Origin: Zootoca vivipara | Taxonomy: Eukaryota | NCBI RefSeq assembly: GCF_963506605.1 | Contig: NC_083289.1 | Coordinates: 34,782,001 to 34,846,000 of the forward strand | Direction of reading: 5' to 3' | Length of the DNA stretch: 64,000 nt | Shown here: in pieces, positions 25,601 to 33,651 of the stretch | How the letters are laid out: the number at the start of each line of letters is the position of its first letter | Position numbering within the stretch: position 1 is the stretch's first letter | The notes under the pieces: model-generated | What the model saw: the letters and a program-made list of their open reading frames with translations, nothing else | What the model was told of the DNA's origin: nothing | Databases searched by the model: none | Made by a program: the position numbers and the translations under genes

Positions 25601-28600
25601 CATTTGTACTGTGACAGATTTAAATCTTTGTGAGGCTGTCCTAGGATGGTAGGGTAAAAATGTAACATTGCTTAAAATACTTCCATTCCTCCCCCCCCCC
25701 AAAAAAACCTTCTGTCCAGGCACTGGGTTCTGAACTGCAGGCCCACCAGCCTTTGCTGAGTGTGGCAGAGCAGGATCTGCAGAAAGCCAAGAAGTGCTCC
25801 AACGCCCTGGCCAGCCAGTTCCAAGAGCACTGCCCGGACATCGAGCGCCAGGAAGCTGAACTCCATAAGCTCAACCAGCGGTTCGGCAACCTCAACAAGC
25901 AAATCGATCACAGGTCAGGCTGTGAGCGAAAGGAAGGGGGGGGTGAATGAAGCACTGGCAATAGAAGCAGGAGAAGGAATGTCCAAACCCCCTTTTCCCC
26001 AGTCCTGTGTCACCAGGTTATCTTGCAGAGTATGTTTTAGCTGTTTGTGTACTTTGCATCCCTTGAGGCTCTCAAAATGGATGGTGGTTAATACATACAA
26101 ATAGGAGCTGCAACTGAGAGCTGCATTAAAGGAAGCAGACAGATGTTGACTTTTTTGCTATAATATGGGAGAGTTGATCCAAATTCATCATATATTTAGT
26201 CTAGTTTAGACTAGGGAAGTGGTTCCCAATTAGCTAAGTACTGCAGACCCCCCATTTTTCAAAAGCCAAGCCTTTTGAAAATGTTGCTATATCTCTCTGG
26301 TAGTTTTTGTTATGTGAACCCTTCAACATGTTCCAGTGCAAAACTGGGATGCATGTCTTCCAGGCTGAAGTCCTGCACAAGTCACATGACCTGCATGTTT
26401 CTGGGTGCCACAGTCTCACACGAGAGCACGCCCCCCCATGTGATGTCCTGGACTGGTGTATATACTATGGACCCCCTGTGATCCACAGATCACCAATTGG
26501 GAACCATTGGTCTAGGGTGTTACAGTTAATGGCACTGTGACATTTCTGCTAATGTCTATCCCAAGCAAGTATTGTTCCACTTCCCTTCACAGATCTCAGA
26601 TGTTGCAGAAAGCAAAATTGTCCTACTCCAACTATCGCAGTGGCTACAACAACCTGAACCAGTTCCTTTGTAATGTGCCCAACTATGAGCCTCAAGAAAC
26701 CGACAATATTGGTCAAGTGGAAACCAAGCTGAAGAACCAACAGGTAATCATAGAACAGAATTGTAAGAGTTGGAATGAGCTTCAGAGTTCATCCAGCTTT
26801 CTTGTCCAATTCCCTTGCACCCTGTGATAAGCTGATTATGCAGTAGGACTGTGATCCTAATCTGGCCCTGATCTGGACTGGACCCCAAATGAAATCGGGG
26901 TCTTGCACAGCCCTAATGTTTAATTAGGGTTTTAAATGATGCAAGTGGAGAACATGGTCTGCATCATCTCCTTCCCACGCTCTGCTGCTTCCAGCCTCAT
27001 GTGTAATCAGGGTTTACACCAGGCACCCCCCAAAATTTGGCCCTCCAGATGTTTTGGGCTACAATTCCCATCTTCCCTGACCACTGGTCCTGTTAGCTAG
27101 GGATCATGGGAGTTGTAGGCCAAAACATCTGGAGGGCCGCAGTTTGAGGATGCCTGGTTTACAGAGAGTTTAACAGCCCCAATTAAACTTGTAGAGACGA
27201 TACAGGTGGAGACTCTCATCTGTGTTGTCTTCTTCTCCCCACCCCCAATCTTGCTGCCCAGCGGCCCATCTGCCTTATGGCAACCCAACTGCTCTGGGAA
27301 GACCTGATGAGACCAGAGATAATGGGAGATGACCAGAAACATCTAGTAGGACCACATTACCTATCCCAAGCTAAAAAACGGCATTGCCATTGGCTTCTTG
27401 CTGTTTCACGTTTTCTGCTTGATCTGTTTCTGCAGGCCCTGCTGGGGGAAATTGCCAGCAAAGAGCAAGATGTTCAGAAAGTTTCCGCTGAGGCTCAACA
27501 GTATCAGCAGGCAGTGAAGGTGAGGATGGCGGGACAGGGGGGTGGCTCAGAGAAGCAGCAGCCTGTGTGGCTAAAAGGGTTGCTTGCAGGAAGAAAACAA
27601 CCCCATCACAGAGGAGATGTACTATGGGGCTATGACTGCTTCTCTGTAAGTAGATTTTAATCTCCCTCCCCTCTGCAGGACTACGAACTTGAAGCAGAGA
27701 AGCTGAGATCCATCCTTGACCTGGAAAATGGTCGCAATGGCTTCATGAGTAAGAGACCCAGAATCCAGTCTCCAGCCGCTAAAGTGAAAGAAGAGGTACT
27801 TGCTGGTATTTGACAAGCCCTCTGCCACGGTCTAAGTGGTTCCTCTAGGCAGTATTTCAATATTTTTCATGTTGAAGGTCCATAGCTGAGTGGCCAAGTG
27901 TCTGCTTTGCATGCAGAAGCCCCCAGGTTCAATCCCTGATATTGCCAGATAGGACTAGGAGAGACCCCTGCCTGAAACCTGGGGTACCACCGTGAGTCAG
28001 CATAGGCAATACTTCACTAGATGTACCTGTAGCCTGGCTCCATACAAGGAAGATTTATGTATGTGCTATGTTCACATTGAAGGCAACAGCAGTTGGCTCC
28101 ATGGCTTGACACCATCTTGGGTTCATTCTTGGATTTGTCTCAGCAGTTTGCGTTCTTGCCTCAGCTCTGTCAAACCGGAACCAGTGTCGCTTCCGACAGA
28201 GGAAGGATGTCCTGACTCCACTGCATGACTAGGCCTCGATGTCAGAAATTTGATGGGGAATGATCAAGGCTGAGAGGCACTGGGTGGAAGACACTGATCT
28301 CTCCTGGGTGCCCAGAGGCCTTGTTGGGCAGTGCATCAAACAAAACTTGTTTGACTGCAGAAATACCCCTCTGAATGCTTCCTCCCTTGTCCAAAACCTC
28401 ATCAATGGCCACAGTTGCCAACTCCCCAGAAGCATGGAAGGTGGTTGTCAGCTTCTTTTATCTAGCCTGAAAATTGGTTCCTGCGGAGCTCAGGTCCTGT
28501 TTGTGGGCTTCCCATAAGCATCTGGTTTAGCTATTGTAAGAACAGGAATGTAAGACTAGATGGCCCATTGGCCTGATCCAGCATGGCTCTTCTTATGTTC

Positions 28601-31600
28601 ATAATACCTTTTGTTAACCTCATTTCTTTTCTCCATTCTTAGGAAGCTCTCCTGGCTGCAAAGTTCACGGAGGTGAATGCTGTCAATAAGCAGAGGCTGC
28701 AGAACCTGGAGTTTGCCCAGAATCTCTTGAGACAAGTGAGTGTGAGAAGCTTAGGCTTTACTTTGCTTCTCTCTGTTCTAGCTACTGGAAAGAAGAAGGT
28801 GCACATAGGCTGTGGTGCAGACTTAAGATAGGCAGAGAATCCTAGCTGGCTGCAAGTTACAGAGCTGTTTTGTGAGAAAACATCCCAACTCTGCATGCCA
28901 ATTTTTAATGAGAATATGCCCATGCAGAAGGCAGGGAAGGGTTCCAGCATCACTTAACAGAACATGCCAGCAAGGCTTTTTGAAAAGAGGGGGTGGCAGA
29001 CTAAGGCTGCAATCCTACACACACTTACTGAATATAGTGGGATTTCTAATTACGATTGTAGCTTAAGACTGGCTCTCAGTACTCTTCAGTCCCAGCTAAT
29101 ATGGCATGGGAGGATGGGAGTTGGGAGTCCAGCAACATCTCAAGGGCTAGAGGTTCCCATGCCCTGTACAGTAGTGCCTTGCTAGACGAATTTAATTCGT
29201 TCCACGGGTCTTTTCTTATAACGAAAAATTCGTCTAGCGAATCCCATAGGAATGCATTGAATTTTTTTTTGAATTTTTTTTTGCCCATAGGAAAGCATTA
29301 ATTGAATTTCAATGCATTCCTATGGGAAACTGCGATTCGCTAGACGAATTTTTCGTAAAACAAATTCGTCTAGCGAGGCAATCTCCGCTAGAAAAAACCT
29401 TTCGTTAAGTGGAAATTTCGTTAAGCAGGGCATTCGTTAAGCGAGGCACCACTGTACTTGGGAAGCAGCTCCTTCAAAGACAGCCAGGCTCAGAAGTAAC
29501 ATGCATAGGATGCTAGTAGCTTTGAAAAGAGTTCCTATCTGGCAACATTTGTCTTTGATTAGAGGGTGGAGAGAATGACAAATAATGCTCCAGCTATAGC
29601 AACTCATCATTTTTTTCTTTGTTGGCAGCAGCCAGAGGTCCAGGTGATGCAGGAGTCTGCTCAGACCAACACATTTGAGAGGCCGCTTGAGGAAGTCTGG
29701 AAGTTAAGGAAGGAGCTGGACGATGAGAGCCAACGCCGACAGCAGCTGGAGGCAGAGATCAAGGTCATCCAGGAAAACATCCTCCTCCTGCAGAACCAGA
29801 AGCCACAGGAGACCGTGGTCAAGAAGGAAGTGCTGAAGAAAGTGCCTGACCCAGCACTGGATGAGAGTTTTCACAAGATGCAGCAGAACCTGGCAGAGGA
29901 ACAACGCAAGAACCAAAACTTGCACGACGAACTGGAGGTCTTGAAACTCAAGCTGCGAACCCTGGAGCATGAGAGGAGGGAAGGTGGGCAGGAGTATGTG
30001 GTCAAGGAAGTCCTCCGTATTGAGCCAGATAAGGCGCAGGCAGAGGGAATCCTGAAGTTGAAAGAAGAGCTGGAGGATCTCAAGAGGCAGGAAGGGAACC
30101 GTCAGAATGAGATGGCTCTCCTGCGCCACCAGGTGGATGCTCTTTCCAATGAGAAGAACAAGGAGCAGGAGAAAGTGATGGAAAAAGAAGTAGTGAAGCT
30201 GCAGAATGATCCCCAGCTGGAGACAGAGTATCAGCAGCTGCAGGAGAACAAACACAGGGAGAGTGCACTGAGGAAGCAGCAAGAGGAAGAGCTTCGCTTC
30301 TTGCAAGACAAACTGAAGCGGCTGGAGAAAGAGCGGGCGATGGCCGAGGGCAAGATCACCGTCAAGGAGGTGCTGAAAGTGGAGAAGGACCTAGCAACAG
30401 AAAGGGAAGTGAGCGAGCTGCGACGGCAGTATGAAGACGAGAAGGCCAAAGGCCGCTCCAATGAGAGGGAGAAAGCAGAGCTGCTCAGGCAAATCCAGGC
30501 TCTGGAAGAGGAGAATGCCAAAGTGATTGTCCAGGAGAAAGTCCGGGAGATTGTCCGTCCAGACCCCAAGGCTGAAAACGAAGTGGCTAGCCTTCGTCTA
30601 GAACTGGTGGAGCAGGAAAGGAGATACCGGGGTGGGGAAGAGCAGCTGAAAACTTGTCAGAATGAGCTGGCTGCCCTGCGGAAAAGAGGGCCCCTGGTGG
30701 AAGTGCAAGAGGTTATCAAGGAGGTTATAAAATACAAGGCTGACCCAGAGACTGAGATGGAGCTTCAGTCTCTCAGGGACGAGATTGTGGACCGGACCAG
30801 AGCAATTGAGAGGGCAGATCTTGAGATCTATCAGCTGAAGCAAGAAATTCAGACCCTGAAAGATGCCAAGCCTCAAGTCCAGACAAAGGAAGTGGTGAAG
30901 GAGGTTCTGCAGTACCGGGAAGACCCCCAAACGAGAGAAGAAGTGGAGTCCCTGAGAGCTCAGCTGGCTGAAGAGCAGAAGAAGCACCTGGACCTGGAAA
31001 GGGAGAGGAAGCTGCAGGATGAGAAGATCAGACAGAAGGAGGAGGAACTCTCTCAGGTAAGGGAGAAAGTGGTGCAGCAGGAAGTGGTAAAACTGGAGCA
31101 GGACCCTGCTTTGAAAGCAGAGGTCAGCTCCTTCTCACAGAGCATAGAGAATGAGCTGCAGCAGATTGACTCACTCCGAAACGAAATGCGCAAGCTGCAG
31201 TGGAGGAGGTCGGAGCTTGAGCGCCAGCTGGATGAGCTGGAGAAAGAGAGGCAGGCACGGCGGGAGGCAGAGCTGGAGGTGCAGAGGCTGAAGATCAGGC
31301 TGAGCGAGCTGGAGGAGCAGGTGAAGGAGACAACAGAGAGAGTCACCGTGAAGCAGAAGGTGATCCTTCAACAAGACCCGCAGCAGGAGAAAGAGCACGC
31401 TCTGCTTAAGCTGGAGCTGGAGGAAGAAAAACATAGAAGGCAAGTCCTGCAGGCTGAGTTGGAAGCCCTGCAGAAGAAACTGCAGGCCCTGGAAAAGATG
31501 GAAGTCAAGGAGAAAGTAGTCTTCTCTGAGAGCATCCAAGTGGAGAAAGGAGACACTGAATACGAGATTCAGAAGCTGAAGAACAACCTGGAGGAGGAAA

Positions 31601-32292
31601 GCCGGCGGAAGATGGAATTAGACACAGACATCAACAGGCTAGAGGCTAAGTTGTCAGAAGTGGAATTCAACAACTCCAAGTCTTCCAAGGAGCTGGACTT
31701 TTTGAGGGAGGAAAACCACAAGCTGCATCTGGAAAAGCAGAACCTTCTGTTGGAGATGAGAAGGTTGCAATCGGAGATTGAACTCACAGTAACAGAAACC
31801 CGGGATTTAAGAAACATGTCACAGGTGGACAGCGGCGTGAACCTAGACTCCCGGTTCCAGGCTTTGGAGAGAGAGCTGGATGATCTGAAGAGGCTATCTC
31901 AAGACAAAGACAACGAGATTGAACAGCTTCAAAACCGTCTTCAGACAGTAGCCATCAAGAGGGAGCAGAGAGAAAATCACTTGAGACGTTCCATTGTGGT
32001 CATTGATCCAGACACTGGGAGAGAGATGTCACCAGAAGAAGCCCACAGGTTCGGGCTTATTGAGTGGAGCTTGTACGTCAAATTGAAGAGCCAAGAATGT
32101 GACTGGGAAGAGATCACAATGAAAGGGCCAAGTGGCGAATCTTCAGTAATCCTTGACAGGAAGTCAGGGAAGAAGTTCTCAATTGAAGATGCCTTGAAGA
32201 GTGGAAGGTTAACCATGGCTCAATATGACAGTTACCTCAACAAGGAGTTGTCCATCCAGGAGCTGGCTGTCTTGGTGTCTGGACAGAAATAG
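5951..32292 (+). CDS. PPL: Periplakin gene, exons 2-22 (5' partial; exon 1 outside window). Join: 5951-6050, 7779-7933, 9486-9606, 12486-12611, 13703-13744, 14760-14921, 16741-16848, 17011-17106, 19777-19899, 20056-20202, 21034-21185, 21575-21672, 22438-22595, 23585-23763, 24297-24435, 25720-25913, 26593-26743, 27436-27519, 27679-27795, 28643-28735, 29629-32292
   Basis: Spliced translation matches periplakin throughout (ISSKELSELIEKLQKNADQVEKNIV..., QFDWSDRNLDYPSRRRQYE, RETPLKPIPVEALCDY, C-terminal linker ECDWEEI...IQELAVLVSGQK*). Phases are compatible at all 20 junctions; 5209 coding nt lie in the window. Confidence 0.98.
7155..7403 (-). mobile_element. CR1 LINE 3' fragment
   Basis: Minus-strand peptide GFKLQERRFQLNVRKNFLTARAVQQWKGLP...SLEVFKQRL, the CR1 ORF2 C-terminus, plus 3'UTR. 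Confidence 0.88.
7779..7933 (+). CDS. PPL: PPL exon 3
   Basis: ctctcag|GAC...GAA GA|gtgagt; DLHKLKAGQPAEYQD...LYVLDGDAAIARHMKHPQGDMITE. Confidence 0.95.
7958..8462. mobile_element. Old non-autonomous hAT element with internal direct repeats
   Basis: CAGGGGTGGGG / CCCCCCCACTG ends; TSD cagtaggg/caatatgg (6/8); internal repeats ctacagtgctaa.atcaga.ataagc...tgcctg. Confidence 0.55.
8751..9027. mobile_element. Tc1/mariner (Tigger/pogo-like) MITE
   Basis: TA|CAGTGGTGCCTCGCT ... GAGGCACCACTG|TA; internal palindromes; near-identical to the copy at 29169. Confidence 0.87.
9104..9182. repeat. (TA)n microsatellite
   Basis: Seen directly. Confidence 0.95.
9486..9606 (+). CDS. PPL: PPL exon 4
   Basis: ttcag|C ATC CGG...AAG CAG|gtgagt; IRQLKERVGNLRVKHEQIY...NWTTVIEEKQ. 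Confidence 0.95.
10119..10383 (+). mobile_element. tRNA-derived SINE, Squam3-like (L2-type tail)
   Basis: GAGAGCCAGTGTGGTGTAGTGGTTAAGAGCGGTAGAC head with A/B boxes and a (CTT/CT)n tail; near-identical to the copy at 25102. Confidence 0.8.
10798..10850. repeat. (CCT)n microsatellite
   Basis: Seen directly; explains the poly-R and poly-E shadow ORFs. Confidence 0.95.
12486..12611 (+). CDS. PPL: PPL exon 5
   Basis: actag|GAA...GAC AAG|gtacca; GFGTDLPSVNGQVEEHNIFHNEV. Confidence 0.95.
13030..13292 (+). mobile_element. Decayed L2-type LINE 3' end (similar pieces at ~51480-51720 and, on the minus strand, ~10460-10750)
   Basis: cttttcagtggtggttcccc..tggaatgccttccc..tttgaaaacattt..gggtggatacaaatccaataaataaat. 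Confidence 0.5.
13703..13744 (+). CDS. PPL: PPL exon 6 (42 nt)
   Basis: ttccag|GAA TAT...CTG CTG|gtaaga; EYMSGLQVKYQKLL. Confidence 0.92.
14486..14621. mobile_element. hAT MITE, 136 bp
   Basis: TIR CAGGCATGTCAAACCTGCGGCCCTCCAGATGTTTTGG; perfect TSD gtctagaa. Confidence 0.9.
14760..14921 (+). CDS. PPL: PPL exon 7
   Basis: ttgcag|TCA...TAC GAG|gtacat; LQDYMQRCTNKLYWLDQQAKDRMQFDWSDRNLDYPSRRRQYE. Confidence 0.96.
15583..16089 (+). mobile_element. Solo LTR (Gypsy-type), 507 bp
   Basis: TGTCAGGGGG...CCCCCTGACA termini (TG..CA, 10-bp inverted repeat), AATAAA at 16020-16025, GC/CpG-rich; TSD poorly preserved (cccca/gccta). Confidence 0.75.
16741..16848 (+). CDS. PPL: PPL exon 8 (GC donor)
   Basis: ctttag|AAT TTC...ATT GAG|gcgagt; NFINRNLEEKEGAINKLHEDGNKLLAETHPGKIPIE. 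Confidence 0.93.
17011..17106 (+). CDS. PPL: PPL exon 9
   Basis: ttgcag|GCT...CAC CAG|gtacct; AHIEAVHADWKEYLNLLICEESHLKFMEDYHQ. Confidence 0.96.
19777..19899 (+). CDS. PPL: PPL exon 10 (GC donor)
   Basis: aaacag|TTC...CTG GAG|gcaagt; FQKDAKDAQDLLRKVDTDLDQKYSPDFKDRYQIESLLRELE. Confidence 0.93.
20056..20202 (+). CDS. PPL: PPL exon 11
   Basis: accag|GAC...GAG CGG|gtaaga; DQEKALDKYDDVV...RETPLKPIPVEALCDYESER (start of the SH3-like region of the plakin domain). Confidence 0.96.
21034..21185 (+). CDS. PPL: PPL exon 12
   Basis: ccccag|TGC...GAC AA|gtaagt; YTLQKNSGDIWEVTDSAGNAISAPGVCFMIPPTDPE. Confidence 0.95.
21575..21672 (+). CDS. PPL: PPL exon 13
   Basis: cacag|C ATC...GGA G|gtgggt; ITGQYQSVKQKIAGTKGLLQQRYDGLKADSLG. 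Confidence 0.93.
22438..22595 (+). CDS. PPL: PPL exon 14
   Basis: cctcag|AT GCA...CTT AAG|gtaaag; QGRQLLAGLEKV...LRPPLEQSRAVQDSAERSKELK. Confidence 0.95.
22602..22677. repeat. (TC)n microsatellite, ~38 units
   Basis: Seen directly; begins 6 nt into PPL intron 14. Confidence 0.95.
23585..23763 (+). CDS. PPL: PPL exon 15
   Basis: ttgcag|AAC...GAG AA|gtaggt; NITNEVRRIEPEK...AAQEK. Confidence 0.95.
24297..24435 (+). CDS. PPL: PPL exon 16
   Basis: gtgcag|A GTG...CTG CTG|gtgagt; VDVANRLEKSLQQG. Confidence 0.95.
25102..25351 (+). mobile_element. tRNA-derived SINE, Squam3-like
   Basis: Same family as 10119; (CTT)n tail; possible short TSD ctgctg. Confidence 0.8.
25720..25913 (+). CDS. PPL: PPL exon 17
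   Basis: gtccag|GCA...CAC AG|gtcagg; LASQFQEHCPDIERQEAE. Confidence 0.95.
26593..26743 (+). CDS. PPL: PPL exon 18
   Basis: tcacag|A TCT...CAA CAG|gtaatc; PNYEPQETDNIGQVETKLKNQQ. Confidence 0.95.
27020..27156. mobile_element. hAT MITE
   Basis: Same family; TSD gtttacac/gtttacag. Confidence 0.87.
27436..27519 (+). CDS. PPL: PPL exon 19
   Basis: ctgcag|GCC...GTG AAG|gtgagg; ALLGEIASKEQDVQKVSAEAQQYQQAVK. Confidence 0.95.
27679..27795 (+). CDS. PPL: PPL exon 20
   Basis: ctgcag|GAC...GAA GAG|gtactt; DYELEAEKLRSILDLENG...SPAAKVKEE. Confidence 0.95.
27876..28075 (+). mobile_element. Older tRNA(Ala-like)-derived SINE with CR1-type tail. Other copies: ~4175-4440 (split), 18680-18842, 38833-38975, 40352-40530, 52837-53001 (+); 34131-34353, 56350-56702 (-)
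   Basis: Shared motif ...ctgctttgcatgcagaaggtcccaggttcaatccc...ctgcctgaaacc...gctagatggacc...aaggcagcttcctatgtt across the copies. Confidence 0.7.
28643..28735 (+). CDS. PPL: PPL exon 21
   Basis: tcttag|GAA...AGA CAA|gtgagt; EALLAAKFTEVNAVNKQRLQNLEFAQNLLRQ. Confidence 0.95.
29169..29454. mobile_element. Tc1/mariner MITE
   Basis: TA TSD, same TIRs; abuts a decayed hAT MITE at ~29085-29166. Confidence 0.87.
29629..32292 (+). CDS. PPL: PPL exon 22 coding part (coiled-coil rod + C-terminal linker domain)
   Basis: ttggcag|CAG CCA GAG...; recurring KEV..DP rod motifs; ends DWEEI...LAVLVSGQK*. The first 21 codons of the 29566 ORF are intronic. Confidence 0.98.
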   Translation, partial: QPEVQVMQESAQTNTFERPLEEVWKLRKELDDESQRRQQLEAEIKVIQENILLLQNQKPQETVVKKEVLKKVPDPALDESFHKMQQNLAEEQRKNQNLHDELEVLKLKLRTLEHERREGGQEYVVKEVLRIEPDKAQAEGILKLKEELEDLKRQEGNRQNEMALLRHQVDALSNEKNKEQEKVMEKEVVKLQNDPQLETEYQQLQENKHRESALRKQQEEELRFLQDKLKRLEKERAMAEGKITVKEVLKVEKDLATEREVSELRRQYEDEKAKGRSNEREKAELLRQIQALEEENAKVIVQEKVREIVRPDPKAENEVASLRLELVEQERRYRGGEEQLKTCQNELAALRKRGPLVEVQEVIKEVIKYKADPETEMELQSLRDEIVDRTRAIERADLEIYQLKQEIQTLKDAKPQVQTKEVVKEVLQYREDPQTREEVESLRAQLAEEQKKHLDLERERKLQDEKIRQKEEELSQVREKVVQQEVVKLEQDPALKAEVSSFSQSIENELQQIDSLRNEMRKLQWRRSELERQLDELEKERQARREAELEVQRLKIRLSELEEQVKETTERVTVKQKVILQQDPQQEKEHALLKLELEEEKHRRQVLQAELEALQKKLQALEKMEVKEKVVFSESIQVEKGDTEYEIQKLKNNLEEESRRKMELDTDINRLEAKLSEVEFNNSKSSKELDFLREENHKLHLEKQNLLLEMRRLQSEIELTVTETRDLRNMSQVDSGVNLDSRFQALERELDDLKRLSQDKDNEIEQLQNRLQTVAIKREQRENHLRRSIVVIDPDTGREMSPEEAHRFGLIEWSLYVKLKSQECDWEEITMKGPSGESSVILDRKSGKKFSIEDALKSGRLTMAQYDSYLNKELSIQELAVLVSGQK

Positions 32293-33595
32293 CTGCTTCA
32301 AGAGAGATTTTTTCTTTAAAAAAAAGAACTATTGTTAAGCAGCTGGTCTAGAGCTGTACTGAATGTTACAAACTTTGACTTCTACTACCTGTTGCTTCCA
32401 ATAGGTGTATATTCCCCAAACCTAATGCCTGTTCTCCAACGTTAGGGTGCTTTTAAGCTGCACTTACTTGCTTTTATCAAAAATATTTATGACTTGCCAC
32501 CCCAGGCCAATGCTCCTATTTGCCAAAGTTGCTTGTTACTTTTGTCCCCGCCAGTCAGTGGCAAACCCCTCTGTGCACTGGGGTGGCAGGGAGTGGGTAG
32601 AAATCAGATGATTACCCAATGCTATTTTTGAATGAGAGCTCTCCAGCTTGGCTTTTCAAGCTCATGTGGTCTCTACCAACACATTCCCTTTGTGAAGTAG
32701 TTAAGAGTGATAGCTGAGCACTTGTGAAATCCCATCTGAATCTCAACTTAATCTTGAACTCATTCAGTGAGCCATTTCCCCCCTAACCCCAGGAATAGCA
32801 AATCTAGTGCACTTCAGATGTTGTTGAACTCCCAACTCCCTGCAAGCATGGCCAATGGCCAGCGACAATGGGAGCTGTAGTTCAACAACTTCAGGAAGGC
32901 ACCACATTGACTACCCCTCATCTCTGCAATGTGTGGGTAAACACTAGCATTATCTTACAGGGCTGCTGTAAGGACAGCTGAGTGTATGTGAAACTCTCTG
33001 AGCACTCTATAAAGTACTATATGCATATATTGTTACCACAGGAACTGGTTTTTACTCCTGGATGTTATTTAAAGACAATACTAATACAGTACAGCCAAAG
33101 GAAGAATAAACTCACCAGTGGAGACCCAGTAACCAGCTACTGCGAAGAATAGCAGTCTAAAGGCAGATGCTTTTCAATGCTATGCTGTGGTCATTCAATA
33201 CATTTGTAGAAGCTTCAGCATAAGATGACTTAAACACAATGCAACTCCTTTCTACATAATAAACAACTGTCAGATTCTAGTACATAGTCAAAGATAGTGA
33301 TCATCATTGTGTAACTGAGACTGTAAACAATATGTGTGTGTATGTTTAGAGTGACCTGCTTAACTTTCAGGTCATACTTGTGTAGGGAAGCTCCAGTCCT
33401 TAAAAAGGAAAGGAGGTTAAATAGAGGATGCTGCAGTTAACCCCAATAAGTGCCTCTCCTTTCATTGTCATGGATAGAATGGAACACTGGGTACTTGCCA
33501 TATTTGTGTTGGTGTTTGCTTAGTTGTTATTTGACTGTATGAATTCTCAAAGTATGCATTGTAGAAGGGAATGGGAAATTTTATTTATGCACCCA

Positions 33596-33601
33596 AATAA
33601 A
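33596..33601 (+). terminator. PPL polyadenylation signal AATAAA (a proximal alternative lies at 33105-33110)
   Basis: AATAAA ~1.3 kb after the stop, followed by a T-rich downstream tract at 33636-33670. Confidence 0.6.
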
Positions 33602-33645
33602 TGAAAAAATACCCTGCAGCAATCTAACCTGATGATTTCCTCCCA

Positions 33646-33651
33646 TTTAAT
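33646..33651 (-). terminator. Candidate UBN1 distal polyadenylation signal ATTAAA
   Basis: Minus strand reads ...ggcaaatATTAAAtgggagg...gtattttttcattttatttgggtg, i.e. a signal followed by a U-rich downstream element. Confidence 0.45.

Noticed and set aside
16849-27678. Three short PPL introns (8, 10, 19) have lengths divisible by three (162, 156, 159), suggesting coding intron retention
   Set aside because: Each contains an in-frame stop, so retention cannot give an extended full-length protein.
29704-32216. Several long antisense ORFs (e.g. 29704-30306, 200 aa) opposite PPL exon 22
   Set aside because: Leu/Ser-rich shadows of a Glu/Lys/Gln-rich coiled-coil exon; no independent coding signal.
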